DNA from: Trichosphaerium sp. ATCC 40318
Lineage: Eukaryota > Protista > Tubulinea
NCBI GenBank assembly: GCA_038496445.1
Contig: JALMLS010000637.1
Location: 165,192-229,191 of the forward strand
Reading direction: 5' to 3'
Length of the DNA stretch: 64,000 bases
Shown: positions 40,500 to 54,600 of the stretch, in pieces
Layout: the number at the start of each line of letters is the position of its first letter
Position numbering within the stretch: position 1 is the stretch's first letter
Made by a program: the position numbers and the translations under genes
Notes under the pieces: model-generated
Told to the model about the DNA's origin: nothing
What the model saw: the letters and a program-made list of their open reading frames with translations, nothing else
Databases searched by the model: none

Positions 40500-41269
40500 T
40501 TACATGGTGTAACAATTCGCAAATATTGACAAAAACGTTTTGCATAAAAACGTGATCGGGTTTTTTTCCGTAAGAGCGCTCTTCAGCGTTTTTATTAAGT
40601 TTTTACCAAGTACACACGCGAAGACATATGTAACTGGCTACAAAGCAAGTTTTCACGCATTTTAAAACTATTTCACCTTCCCCATTCCCTTTTGTCCTTT
40701 AATTCGCCTTTTATACATACTTTGAACATGCTGTGCTGAAATAAACACTGTAATGTCTTGTTGATCGAGTTTAGCGTTTATCGTGAGGTTGAATCTTTTT
40801 CGTGGATATCCTTTGAGTAAACCAACGCCATACGCGTATGAATAACCGTATTAGCCTGTACACAACAATACTCATGCTCAAGAAATTTTATTGCAACGGT
40901 TGGTGAGGAATGGAATTCGTCCTGAAAACATGCCTTTGTATGTATTTTAGACACGTATATAAGCAATGATGTGTTTACCGACGGTTTGAAATATGTTTGG
41001 AGGTATTCACAGCTGGTTTATAAGGGTTTTAGAGGTATTTGGAGTGTTTTATAAATTACTCAGCACAAAGTGAACCAATTTGAAAAACAGTTGCACGTCA
41101 GGTACTCCCGTTGGCAAGGCTATGCTGTGGTAGGTTTTAGTGTAAACTACATATTACCACGCTGGATGTAAACCAATTTGAAACAAAATGAGTACCAATT
41201 GGATCACCAGAGACAGGGCTACAGGTGTGATTCAGGTCCCACAAATTTTTTTTGTTTTGGTTTTAGGTG
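40500..41269. repeat. Cassette module B, extended; inverted homolog of 53895-54600
   Basis: Collinear homology by eye, including cacctaaaaccaaaac..ggacctgaatcac and aaagcaagttttcacgca. Confidence 0.8.
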
Positions 41270-42357
41270 ATTGACATATTTACGTTGCTCCTTCAATTGG
41301 CCATTTTTATACCAACTCTTGAAATCTCCTTCATATTTACCTTTTATGTAATGACATTCGTTTGCTAATTCACCATTTTTGTACCAAGCCTTATGTATAC
41401 CTTCTGGCTTGCCGTCAACATAGTTTTCAAGAAAGTCCAACTGTCCATTATAACACCAAGTCTTGGACTCGCCTTCTTTTTTACCATTGACATAATGATG
41501 AAATGTCCACAAGTTACCATTGGAAAACCAACTCTTTGCATCTCCTTGAAGCTCACCTCGTATGTAATAACGCTGCCTTGTCATCGTTCCATTTCGACTC
41601 CAATCTAAGCATTCTCCTTCTTCAAACCCATCAATGTATGTTTTCTTGTAACACAATTGACCATCCTCATACCACTCTTTGTGTTCTCCTTCACATGCAC
41701 CCTCTTCATAGCTTCCATGAAACTTCAAGAGACCATTGGGATACCAAATTTTATACTCTCCATCTCGCTCACCAGAGACATATTGGCAGTAACTATCCAA
41801 TCGGCCATTTACTAACCATTTTTTTTGATCTCCTTCTAATTTATCATTTAAATAATGACCACGTTCACGTAAGCTCGTTGAAGAATACCAATGCTTGTAT
41901 TCTCCTTCTCGTTTACCATTGATGTAAAAATATTGTTTATGAAGTTGTCCTTCATCGTGCCACTTCTTGTACTCTCCTTCAATGTTGTCATTGACATAAT
42001 TGCATTGCGAATACAAATGACCACTGCTGTACCACCAGCGAGTACACTCTCCATCACGTTTACCTTGTGTCCAATACTCTCGACACAATAGTTTCGATTT
42101 ATTTTCTTTCCTTTGTTTTTTCAACCATTTACCATTTTTTTGTAGTTCGGCATCAAATCTCGTTGTTGTTGCTGTGTACTTTGATAATAAAGGCCATTTT
42201 AGATAAATATCAAAATCTAGATCTATAATTTCAAGGTGAAGCTCCAATGGAAGCCTCAATAGGCGGTTACAGGCTTGTTCTATGTTGGAACTGAGCTAAA
42301 GTTAAATATTAGTTGTTTTAACCATTTTAGTTTACTTACTTGGCGTTTTGCTTCCAT
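41219..42357 (-). CDS. F-box-like + MORN-variant repeat protein (~11 repeats); C-terminus replaced by module-B sequence
   Basis: MEAKRQ / intron / LSSNIEQACNRLLRLPLELHLEIIDL... The final HLKPKQKKFVGPESHL is read from the repeat shared with 53895 onward. Confidence 0.8.
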
Positions 42358-43187
42358 TAAGAGGTAGTAACTGGTAAATTGGGTCTAAATATGTAATGGT
42401 TAATTTCAACAGCAGTCATATCACGTGGCTTCGAACACTGGTCATCGAAAAGAAAACGTAATTTACACGTACGCACAAAACCACAATATGGGAGCTAAAA
42501 GGCACTATCTTGTACAGTAGGGATTTATGCTTGCGAATTGGTTTCTGGCAGTACCTGAAATGTACATCTTCAGTCAGTGATTGACAATAGACCATGCAAA
42601 CAGGTTGGGGAGTGTAAATACCAATCATATAAGGGCGGATTTTGTCTCTTGTGGTTTCTGTACACATGGCACTTGAACAAACAGAACTTCTATATGAATA
42701 AGACAAACAAAGGTCGGATGCACAGGTAGATGCCCCAAAGACCAGTATGCGAAAGGGATGCTTAAGAAAGTCGCATGCTACAACAGTAGGTGCAAATGAT
42801 ATGCATACTGCGATAGGCAATAGTATACGATACATTTTGGCTATTTATATGGAGTAGCGAAGTGTTTGGGCTATTGTGGTTTATGCCTATTGTGGAAGTT
42901 AGTTACTAAATTTGTTTGTGTTGCAAAAAAAAGAATAAGATACAAAGTTTATTCTCCTTTTTCGACTATCCTAAATATCCAAAATAGGTTCTCTTCAGTG
43001 AGTTTGTTATATTCTACACGTTCCCTAGTTAGTAAAGTTTACGTAAACTCAAGCATTACGTGGCTTTTTGCAATAGTTGCTGATAGTCACAATGCTGCAA
43101 TCATATAGGTGTACTTACTAGTGTTTTCTTGAAACTTAATGTACATATACAAAGTACTACTTAGATTCAGTTCTGAACACTTGAAGT

Positions 43188-44757
43188 TTATTTTGACAGA
43201 ACGTGGGTATTTCTTGTTGTCTTTTTGAGGTCAATGTCGCAATGTTTGTGTTACTTTACGAGCCACCGAGACTTAAGTGTTCCAAACCCTGTCCAGTAAC
43301 TTGTCTTTGTATGTTGGTTCTAACCTAGGAGTAATTCTAACTTTGCGCAATGATTAAATGATTAAGCAAGACTGGAAATTTCATGAGCATACGTTTTATC
43401 CATATCGACCAAAATAATATATCTCTTCCACGGTAAATCATGGTATTTTTTCTTCTTGCTTTATCCACCGCATCTTCTTGTTTGAATTTCACATCATCGA
43501 GAGTATGGACCCACAAAGGAGAACAGAAATTTGGACATCTACGAGGATAGCACTTTACAGGGCGACATGAGCAATGCATGTTACGCATACCAATACTATG
43601 GAGAAGGTCGAACATGCGCCTTAGAATAATTAACACAATAGAAAACTAATAGGAACGCACTCATGAGACAGTTTCTCAAGGCCAAGTATCTTACAAACTT
43701 TTTCGTGGGCACTGACACTCGCATGAAAGGTAGCAACACCCCTTCTGGATAATTCATAATTAAATACTGTTGTAGTAACTCCGCATCCTAGAAAATGTTA
43801 ATATGTTTTGAAGAAAAAAACGAGATTACGTGTTATGACAAGCGAAAAATGTTCGTATTTTCGTTGTCCATAAGTGGTACGGCCTCCTGAATCATAAAAG
43901 AACCATCTGAATTCAGAAACTGCAGCTTCATTCTCATGAAAAACTTCAAGGGCAAGTACTATGAACGTTAACATGGTATTCTCCTACGTTGTTTTTTTGG
44001 AGTACTTTTATGATAACCCTCCTTTGTTGTTCAAGCTACCTTCTAGAAATCTCATTTTTTCAGTTAAATTTAACGTAAAGCCCTCGTTGTCTATTCGGTA
44101 ACTAGGATTTCTCATGAGACAAAGTACAAGAAATTAGTAAATCATGGAGCTTAAAGATTGCCTACGTATTGTGATGATAGTGGACCATCAAAACATCCGT
44201 AGTCTTGTTCTGGTTCGTCATCACTTGAATAGGCCTCTTTTTGTTCAGTAGTAAGTTGCAGAGACAGCCTAAAGCTGTAGGAAGAATAAAAAAAAACGTG
44301 AATTAGGTTGAACCACGTGATAACTATTCTTACCGATCTAGAATGTGTTGCCTTCAATGTAAATTTTAGCACATGATACGAGAACAAATTGTTGAGTCTG
44401 GCGAAGGACCAAACTCCAATTCGATAAACTGGGTAGTACCTACAACAGGAGTAGCTCTACGAGGTATAATACTCGGAAACATACTAGCGCATATTTGTCT
44501 CCAGAATCCTTCGCTTTTGTTGATGGACTATTTTAATGGTTAGAACCTTCAATCAATTTTAAACATGAGTTTTTTTTAAAAAAAAGCCCTTTGCGTGCCA
44601 TGAAATACTTGTTAATGGCTCTCCATATTATGGAATCGTTTATGCTCAAAAATGATAGTATCCTCCAATGTGTCTCGGGCATCAACGACATCAAATGATG
44701 ACAATCATTCAATACAATGTCTACCTTGGTTTTCTTATTAAAACTTGCTTCAGACAT
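43188..44757 (-). CDS. Multi-exon F-box protein
   Basis: LMSLMPETHWRILSFLSINDSIIWRAINKYFM/SINKSEGFWRQIC; the remainder is unrecognised and the 3' end approximate. Confidence 0.55.
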
Positions 44758-45733
44758 GCTTTGCATCAGAATGAACGTCAGTTTAACAATCACATGTTTA
44801 AGTTGTGGGTTTGTGACTGTTTTTCTTTAAGTTCACTACAGTGAACGTCAGTTTGTCTTCACAAGAATGCCGGTAGGTAGAATTCAATTAAGACATATTA
44901 AAACATGACGCACTAGGTATTAATTCGAAGTATTTAAAATGGTCACGTGCTAAAGTTGTTTCATTGATTTCACCCTTATACGAAGTGAGTGTTATCTGTT
45001 GTGTAACAAAAGAACAGTGGCGTTAGCTTCGTGTGATTGTGCTTTCCGAAAACTTCGACTTTGAGCCAATCGGCCAACTCCAAGTATAAGTGTAATTTTT
45101 GGGTTTTGAAAGCTTATGGCGTTACCATACCAGTGTAGTCTTGTTAATAGCTTGTAGTTTAAAGTCTCGTATTAGTCTTTCCCCGTAGTTCTCCACAAAA
45201 CAAATTGCATTCGACCACACTCAACCACTGTAGACTCTACGCTCTAATCAATGAGCAGTACAGCTCTTGAAAGTACGATCACTTTTTCATCAAAACTCAG
45301 AAAAACGGATTGCAATACAGCAAACTACTGCTGACGCAGTTGACGTAGTATTTTCTGCATAAGCTTAAACGTCGTATACCGTTACGCACTCTTGACCTGA
45401 AAGGATTATTCGTCATGTTGTAAAGGAATTACCAATGTCGACTTCCACTTAACGTTTCCGCTTTGCGGCAACCGAATATTACAAAGAAACCTCGCACTTT
45501 TTTCCTCTCGCTCACAACGCTAATACTCTAGACTGTTGTGGTTCTTCTTTGTTATTGCGAGGCATCTTGTATTTTTTTTGCTGCTGGGTGGCAACTTGAC
45601 TAATGTTGAGCGTTTTGCTGAAAAAAAGTGCGCGAGAGCGGTTTTACGTTAAATCGAGTAAAAACTGTTGAGCAGTACCGATATATTATCATTGCGATGC
45701 TTACAACCGTATTTTGAATACGAAAACGCTTTA

Positions 45734-48205
45734 ATGGCATTAGAACGCGTTGCAGACTTTTTACAGTCAGATAATACTGTATTAGAGCTCTATGATCTAT
45801 CTAAATCGCAGCGAAGGTATGTTACGCGTTATTCCTAATACAACTCACAAAAATGATCAAGAGCTGTTCACGTGTACCTCAGCACGTACCGAGAGATAGA
45901 GCACAAGTCAGAAGACACGGCAAGGTAGTTTTTAGCCATATCAAAATTATTTCCAAAAAACCCAAAATTTCTGACTTTAAATCCGTTTTAAGAGGTCGTA
46001 CGATGACTATAACAAAGAACCAACCACGTAAGTTCCTGGCAAGACCTACAGAACGGTTCCACGCGACGATTATGAAGCCTAGTTATACTTCTTGCGCAAA
46101 AAAGAATTTACGGTACAAGTTTCTGCGTATTCTTCTAGATAAAGGTGAGATACAACGCTGGTGCACCTGGCCATTGTGAGATATTAACAGTAACTGGTAG
46201 AAAAGTACTACATGGATAACTCTCCAAAGAAAAGACAGTGCAATTTAGGACTTGCTAGAGAAATACGTAAGGTACCACACAATACAATGTTGGTTTGACA
46301 CAAAACATTTTTGGTGTAACACGTGATTAACATTTTTTTTAAGGCTATTACTGGTCTTGGTGTATGTACTACTTGTATAGCAGATGAGAGACAACTAAAT
46401 GAGGTTAAAGGTGTCGCAAAAAATACTATTCGGGTACCTCACATCAAACATCTTTTTATTCCATGTGCAACTAAGTGAATGGAGCTATTTCCTTTTTTAC
46501 TGAGTTTCTATTGTGCTAATGTCAAACATTTAATAGATGTTAACGTATCATAAAACAAAGTCTGCAATAGTTGCTGCGCCTACAGATAAAAAGTTTGTGG
46601 ATGCAGCAAGCGCTTGTCTTGTTGTTCTTAAGAAAGGTTTTTCAAGTTTACCAAACATTCTAACCTTAGACTAACATTAATCTGTAGATGGAGGCCAAAT
46701 GCCTAAACAAACTATACTGGAACATGCAAATTTATTATGCGAGGAAGACTGTTTGAGTGCACAGGCATGATAAACAGAAAAAATTATGCTAAGACTTTTA
46801 TTAGTCACTCGTTGGTAGCACCTTGGATCAGCTTGCGTCGAAGACTTATGGCCAACTGGTTAAACGAAGGACCAAGAATAAAGAAATTGTTTATGAGCTT
46901 ACAGAAGCTGGCATAGCTAAAACTGAAGAAATGATAGACCTGGAATCATCACCTGTAAGGGACACTCCACCTAAAAGTACTTTGCACTTTTTTTCGAAAA
47001 AGATTATTGGCTGTAACTTGTTTTGTAGGTTTATACGCTCATAATAACGATAAAGGCGTTGTTCTTGTTGTTGATGAAAGAGAAGGAGGTGGTAGTTTAT
47101 CTCAACTTCATAAAACATGCAAAACCTTACAACGTGCGTTCAACATTGGTTTTTGATATAAAAATAATCCAACTAACACCAACTAAAAAAGGTCATGGCA
47201 CAAGTTATGAAACAGCTTCAATGCCTGCAGGGGATTATGGTTTTGTTTACAAGTGTGCTGAGGATAAGACGTATAAGTTACCGTATCTCATAGAACGCAA
47301 GGAGATCAAAGGTGAGTCAATCATGGAAAATCAAACTACATTTCTAACATTGTTAGATCTGGCAGCATCTATTACAGATGGCCGATATGTAAAACAAAAA
47401 GCAAGAATGGTAGCATTAAAGACAGAAAGACCACATATGCAACTATATTATCTTGTCGAAGGTGATCCAAATCAATATGAAGGTATGTTGACAAACCAAT
47501 TTTCTCTGTTTTCGAAGAACAATAATAGCACTAATTTTATTTATTCTAGCACTTCTTTTGACGTATGATGTTTCTCTTCAGAAGATTAAGCAGATATTAA
47601 AAGCATTAGATAATGAAAGTGATTTTATAGTACTACGCACAAAAGATATACACGAAAGTATAAGCTTGCTTCATAACTTTTGGAACAAAGTATCTCAAAA
47701 TATTTCACTACTTGAAGGAGCAGAAATACCAGAAGGAAAGAAAAAAGCAGAGCGGTTTATTGATGAAACACTTAATCAGATAGAAATGTTAAAAGTGTCA
47801 CCACGTGTTGATTATTCTATTAATCATAGTTCAGATAGTCTCTTGAAGAAGAAACAAGGTACAACACACGTAACAACTTTCTACTTTTTTCTTGTTTTTT
47901 TTTAAAGTCAGAACTGTTTTTTATTGTTTTTCGATCGTTGTCAAACTTAACTCTATTTACTGTACCAATTTCTAATTACATTGTTTCTAGTTAATAAACG
48001 CAAGAGAACTACTTTGAATTATGATGTACAAAGAACAGGATTCACCCCCAAAAAAAAACAAAAGATAAACAGAGAAATTCTTGATGACGATGAAGTACAA
48101 ATCATCACAACCACACAGTGTCCTTTCTGTAGTAAAAAAATAAAAGGTACCAACATGGAACTAAATATCCACGCAAACGCTTGCTTGGAGTCTATGGGTT
48201 CCTAA
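45734..48205 (+). CDS. MUS81: MUS81-type ERCC4 structure-specific endonuclease with N-terminal R3H-like and C-terminal UBZ-like finger
   Basis: VVLVVDERE, GDYGFV, IERKEIKDLAASITDGRYVKQKARM, YYLVEGD. Winged-helix-like YELTEAG; LELYDLSKSQRRAVH; CPFC..LNIHANAC. Confidence 0.7.
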
Positions 48206-48645
48206 GTGTAGTATAGAACCAAATAAACAGCCAAAAAAACTTGTAATCTTATCCAATTAATAGCATCCTTTTTGGAGTTTGTTGTTTCCCCACGCACAAA
48301 AGCACGTGTTTGACATCAAAAACAATGTACTATTTAATTGTAAGCTACGTAAATTTGACAACAAAGAAATATCCCTGTTTTAAATGAAGCGAAGTAATAT
48401 AGTCACAGAATCAATATCACGATAAGTTTGACATGAACATTCTTTGATTGTTCAATCAACCACAGACCTTTGTGCGATCTTTACACAAAGCTCAATATTA
48501 TGATCAATAGTATATACGCGCTAATTACAGTAGTTAGAATGATTACAGTAAATGAAAACCAGAGGCGGTTTCATATTCAGCAAAAACGAACCTGATTAGG
48601 AAACGAGGAGACTTTTATTCACGTTAGCATCCCTCCAAAGCTCCA

Positions 48646-49608
48646 ATGTCTCTCCCTTCAGAGATCTGGTCAATAATTACAAGTTTTGTAGCTGATTCAG
48701 GACAGAAATACGGTTTAGTAATCAGACAATGCTCAAAAGCGTTTGACAATCACTTTAAAGTCTGGCTACGCACTCACGAGCTTCATTTAGTCAAAAAGTA
48801 TACTGGAAGCGATCTAGGCTACAGAGTCTATGATACTATTACCGACTCAGTAATGGAGCTCCTAAAGGACTTACTATTGAATACTGGTACTCTCAACTTG
48901 ATTAACTGTAACAAAATCACCGACGCATCATTTCCTTACTTCGCCAACATCCACACCCTCTACTTCAACATAAGTAAAGAGATAACAGACGAGGGGTTAC
49001 AACACTTGAAGAAGATAAAACAATTTCACTTCTTTACACCACACGTGGCATTTTCACCAAAGATAACAGACGCTGGATTGCCACCTTTGTCAAACTGTGA
49101 AAGAGTTTCTCTTGTGAGATGTCAGAAGATAACAGATGAAGGGTTGGTTCATTTATCAAAGGTGAAGAAACTATCACTTGAGATGTGTTCAGGCATACGA
49201 GGACCTGGTTTGAAGCATCTTTCTAAAGCGTTTAAAGTTGACTTAAGTAATACTATTAACTTAACAAATGATGGCTTGGTTCACTTAAAGAATGTCAATG
49301 TTGTTGTTCTCCGTGGTTGTATGAGGATATCTGACGATGGACTTAAACATCTATCAGGATGTGAGGATATTACTTTAACGAATGTTCGTGGTGTTAGTGA
49401 TGAAGGGTTGAAGCATCTCTCGAAAGTTCCTTTTTTGACTTTGTCGATGTGCGCTATTACTGATGAAGGTTTGAAGCATTTGAAGGGATGCCGTGTTTTG
49501 GAGATTGATCAATGTCGTTATGTAACAATGAAAGGTCTCGATAACTTGACTAATTGTCAGATTGACAAAGACGGACGTCGTTATGTTACAAAAGACTTTA
49601 AAATGTAA
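48646..49608 (+). CDS. F-box/LRR-repeat protein (cysteine-containing LRR), intronless
   Basis: MSLPSEIWSIITSF F-box start; ~25-aa ITDEGLKHLSxxxxLxLxxC repeats. Confidence 0.85.
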   Translation: MSLPSEIWSIITSFVADSGQKYGLVIRQCSKAFDNHFKVWLRTHELHLVKKYTGSDLGYRVYDTITDSVMELLKDLLLNTGTLNLINCNKITDASFPYFANIHTLYFNISKEITDEGLQHLKKIKQFHFFTPHVAFSPKITDAGLPPLSNCERVSLVRCQKITDEGLVHLSKVKKLSLEMCSGIRGPGLKHLSKAFKVDLSNTINLTNDGLVHLKNVNVVVLRGCMRISDDGLKHLSGCEDITLTNVRGVSDEGLKHLSKVPFLTLSMCAITDEGLKHLKGCRVLEIDQCRYVTMKGLDNLTNCQIDKDGRRYVTKDFKM

Positions 49609-49728
49609 ACAAAAAAAAACCAACTGTCTTAAGACTCACCCTTTTTTGGAACTTACACGCTTTCTTCATACAAACAATATCTGGTTTAATAAAACGCAAA
49701 GTTTTTTATCATTTACATAAGTATCGTC

Positions 49729-52700
49729 TTATAAACTCAAGTGAAGCGTCATTCAAAGTGTTCTGAATATTGTTGTTGTCATTTTACATTATTCTCTATT
49801 TGTCCCACTAAAAATAAGTTATGCGAATGACAGTACTTTGAATGTACGTACCTTGAATTAACAGACCCAGTTGAAAACTTAGTCTTGGTTGACGGAGACA
49901 TGAATGTGGATTGAGTCTTGTGCAAAAAGAAAGAATTCACAGTTATAGCTAAAAACAACAGGTAAGCATCATACGCAACTTTAATGCGTACCTGAGCCCA
50001 ACAAGATACAAAGTGAAACAAGCACAAACCGAGCAAATCGTTCAATACTAGATGCAGCCAAAGCAACGCTCAATATAGAGAAGAAAGCTACATTGTAAAC
50101 AGTAAAGAAAATGATCTTTGATTCGTTGTATTGCTTCAATGGTATAGATCTAACTCTGAATGCAAAAAAACTGCAAACCAACAGCAAAATACCCTAAATA
50201 TTCTTCATTAGAAAAAAGTTGTATCACGTGATAGATTCTTACGTTGGCCGATACAATGATATATGATATTATTTTGTACGCAAGATCATGTTGGCACGTG
50301 TAATAGTTCTGAAAAACCCGAACTGGGTCAACCACAACTAACACCCTATCAGATCTGCCTGTAGCAGTCTAACAAACAGTTAGAGAACGAAACAACGAAG
50401 AAAACAGCCTACCAACACCACCAAGAGTACAAGGTGACAGCCTACAAGAGCGCCAACCCACATGAGAACCATCTTATCTGTTATCCGTATGATCTCTACT
50501 GATTCTTTATGATACAATCTATCAATACGAAGAGTCTTCCCAAGCAAGGGTCTGAAGGACAGTTAGAGACGACAAGATATGAATAACAACGTGCCCAAAC
50601 AGTAGAACAAACCCAAGGTCCAAAATCCATGCTGATGTTATACACGTCCATGTTGATACAACGTTTGGAAGTAAAGTGAATACTGAAATAAAAAGCAAAG
50701 TGCTTCCAAGCAACATAATGCCCATAAACAAAGGTGAGGAAGCCTTTTCAATGAACTGTTAGCACCAGGATTTGATTACACTGTTATTACCTTGACTTTT
50801 CTGTCGTTAACATTCAGGGGAAGAAAGATAGCCCACCCAACGTTAATACAGAAAAATACGCATGCTGTTATTGTAACAAGAATTTCTGTCCAGTGACCTT
50901 AGGTGTCTGTTTAGCTAAAGGATCAAAAGGGTTTTGTTACCATATTTAGGATCAAATATACGCTCGTGCCATTTGGGCATTGGGTATATCAAATCAGCTA
51001 TCTTGGTTGAAGGAGGCGCTAAGATATGTTAAAAATAAGTTGAAGGAGAGTTCTCATTACCAACAATTGAGAATTTGCCTTTTTCTTGAAGCTGCAAGTG
51101 TAACCAATCTCTAGAAAGACACGGTTAAAACTCAAAATTAAAAGCTTCTTTTTACCTTTGTTGTGCTGAATTTACATCCCATGAGTACCTACCCGTGATG
51201 GTATCAAGCTTATACCTGTAAATAATTTGATACAACACATCATAAAGCTAATACAAATGTCAAAAGCGCAAGAATACCTTAGCAGTACTTACACTATTGT
51301 CACAAACATTTGTGGAATTGGCACTTGTTACGAGCTCCAGAACAGAATTAGAGTTTAACTAAGCACGTGTCAATAGTACCAATGATTTGAAAATAATACA
51401 ACCAAATAGCCTTACTCTAATGTCATTTCCATACTCATCTATGGCATCTATGATAGCTCTCCTTAATGTCGTGTATGCTACAACAAAAGGAATCCCATAA
51501 AATAATTCTTTGCCATTGTTGTACTCTCCAAACTCTTCAACGAACTTGCTGTACGTAGTAAACTCTGATACAGGTGGATACCTCATTTCAGAATCAAACT
51601 AAAAATTCTCGTTAGAACTGAGTAGCTGAGAATCACTATTACCTCAGCCGACACTGAAACATATTGCCATAAATCTGCATTAAATAACCCAGGAGTACGG
51701 ATTGTATTGTATGTGTAAGTAGTTGAAGTGAGGCCAACGAAACGAGGAGTATAATCTACGTCACGCAACGTCTTCATTACCAATCCTACAGTATCCGTAG
51801 CACCGGTACAAAACAGCCTTTAGTGTCGACGTTAAGTACTAGTAAAGAGACTTAATTACTTACCATGCGTCAGCATCAAGCTCCTTGGCAAGTAAAGCAG
51901 TTGCAGAAATATTTGCCTTCAATGAATCGCTGTACGAATGGTAATCATTAATTACTACGGCACCTGAAAGTGGGTGCGCTAAAGTGGAGAGTATTAGTTT
52001 AAGTGTGCTGCGAGTCTTTAAAAATCTTACGTTCAAGAATAAAGTCTCCAATAATTTTGAATCCTTGAAGTTGAAGTTCATCTCTAAGAATTGAGCTTTG
52101 ACAACTACGCAAGTAATTACGAGTGTGAACTACTTTAATTAAAGCGACTATACCTCCTGCCAATTGCGAAAACAGGACTGTGAATTATTGTGATTGTTTT
52201 TGCTCCAACTAGACGAAGAGAAGGCAGCGAGCTAAAGAATGTAGTATCGGAAGATGGCGCCATTGTTAAACTGTATTTCGACTTCTTGCTAACCTCCGTT
52301 GGTATTGACTCTAAATTTACTACAAATACTTAACAGGGCATCACGGGTATTGATTGATACGTACGAAGTAGTGTTCGATGCTGATCATAGAGTTGATATA
52401 CACCATTTGAAAACGAAGCAGAGTCTGAGAAAGAAATATACAAAGAAACGTTCGGATCGTTAAGTCCTTCCAGATGCGTAGCTGGGGCTTTAAAAATACC
52501 ATTAACCGTTCTAAAACTAACATTTAATACATAAAAAAAAAAAAAAATCACGTGTAGGACACGAGTTTATGCCAAAAATAGCCAGTTTTTCACTTTCGTT
52601 CAAAAATAGTTCAAATGATACATACTTTACTTTAAAACCAACTTTTTCTCCGTTGATTGTTAGTAGGTTCTCTGGTCTTGCCATCCAGTCTTCCAAATAA

Positions 52701-53044
52701 TCCACTTGATTTCTACAGGGCAAAATTAATATCGTTAATCACGTGGAAGCATTATTTTAGCCTATCTACCGTAACAACGTTTTGATTACACACCCAAAAA
52801 GAAAAACAACTAAAAACCTTCGGAGTTGTAATGAACGTACTGAAACTGACCGGCGAAGGCTGCAGCAGTTGTACTATTTGTCCAACTACCGACATAAACT
52901 GTAACGTTCGTTAATATTGTTATAATATCTCAAAAACGTTGTAGATGCTTTTAACGCACGTATAGTAATGTTTCTGTGCCCCGAAACAGTTTGGGACATT
53001 GTAGCCAATGATACAAATAAGATCAGTGTACACACGCTTTCCAT
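49729..53044 (-). CDS. Class C (family 3, GABA-B/Grl-like) GPCR with periplasmic-binding-protein ectodomain
   Basis: Signal peptide MESVCTLILFVSLA; ASSPLFMGIMLLG, C..SAWILDLGFVLLFGPLLGKTLRI, FAFRVRSIPLKQYNESKIIFFTVYN. Confidence 0.8.
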
Positions 53045-53699
53045 TGCGTAATGTGCCGAAGTTTGTGTAGTAATAAACGACTATTGAAAAAACGCTTAAG
53101 TTCGTTCTGCACACGGATCATTTGGTTAATTGTTTAAGCAACTAAAGACGGCCCTACGCTCTATGGTGCCCTTGTATGAAGTATCACACAACACAACTAT
53201 TATAACCTTACATTCTAATCATAAGAACTTTGCTGGTTGAGTAATGGAGGATGAGCAAATTGTAAACCAAAAAAGTATCAAATCGGAGTTCCTTCGGAGA
53301 AAACTATGCATGCAGTTATTGTATGTGAATTACTTCTGCTAATAAACATTTATTAAATCCTTCGTACATATATCATGAGCTACGAAGAGTCTTGTAAAAA
53401 GCAAATACATTTTGAAAAACTTGATTCAACTTATGTTGACTTTTTTTTGTAAACGACTTGATGACTACTACGGCTCCTGTTCCTCAGGAGGATATACTTA
53501 CTTTTGGCTTTAATTTACGAACGTCAGTAATTTAGCACTATTTTCGACAACTGGGTGCACCAAAATGATCTCCACAAAAATAAGAAAATAATGAGAATAT
53601 TTTTACTACAAATGGTTTTTATGCATTACCATTATAGCTTGCAATACACTGGGTTCAATCACTGGCTAACACCTTCACGGAACTGAGATGGGAGCATCG

Positions 53700-53879
53700 C
53701 CAAAGGAATTTTCACAAAAGATATGGCTACCAGGTTACAGTCTTAGTCAGTTATTTATTTCAAGGTCATTACATAGCTTTGGCGCATCCAAGACAGATTT
53801 TGGGTATTGAGATCAGTTCAGAATTTTTACATGATAAGTGCTCATGGTACTTTTTTACAAATACGATAACACGATAAAT
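53700..53879. repeat. Module C inverted copy (orphan MORN-gene 3' flank)
   Basis: Reverse complement of 35569-35755. Confidence 0.85.
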
Positions 53880-53894
53880 CCGTTTTCTTTTGTA

Positions 53895-54600
53895 CACCTA
53901 AAACCAAAACAAAAAAAATTTGTGGGACCTGAATCACGCCTGTAGCCCTGTCTCTGGTGATCCTATTGGTACTCATTTTGTTTCAAATTGGTTTACGTTG
54001 AGCGTAGTAATATGTAATTTACACTAAAACCTACCACAGCATAGCCTTGCCAACGGGAGTACCTGACGTGCAACTGTTTTTCAAATTGGTTCATGAGTAA
54101 TTTATAAAACACTCCAAATACCTCTAAAACCCTCATAAACCATCTGTGAATACGTTCACGCGTATATATAAGCTTTTAAAACACATACAGCGGCATTCGG
54201 AGCATTTCAAGGGCGAATTCCATTCCTCACCAACCGTTGCAATAAAAATTTCTTGAGCATGAGTTTTGTTGTGTATACAGGTTAACACGGTTATTCATAC
54301 GCGTATGGCGTTGGTTTACTCAAAGATATCCACGAAAAAGATTCAACCTCCCAGCAAGACTGCAAATTGTTTACTAGAGTACTAAACTCTTCATAGTAAT
54401 GTATTAAAGGCGATTTAAGGAAGAAAATGAAGATGTAAGGTGAACTTGCTTTAAAGTGCGTGAAAACTTGCTTTAGAGCTAGCGGCTTATATTAACGTGT
54501 ACGTAATTGATAAATACATAATTTAAACGCCAAAGGAGCGACAATACGGAAAAAAAATGGCTATCACGTTTTTTGACACGAAACGCATCGACTTGGTTAA
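53895..54600. repeat. Cassette module B, third copy
   Basis: Homologous to 40500-41269 (inverted) and 4560-4930. Confidence 0.8.

Noticed and set aside
42416-42835. 139-aa ORF upstream of the 41-kb MORN gene (also 40004-40522)
   Set aside because: No recognisable motif or paralog conservation seen; not supportable as a gene.
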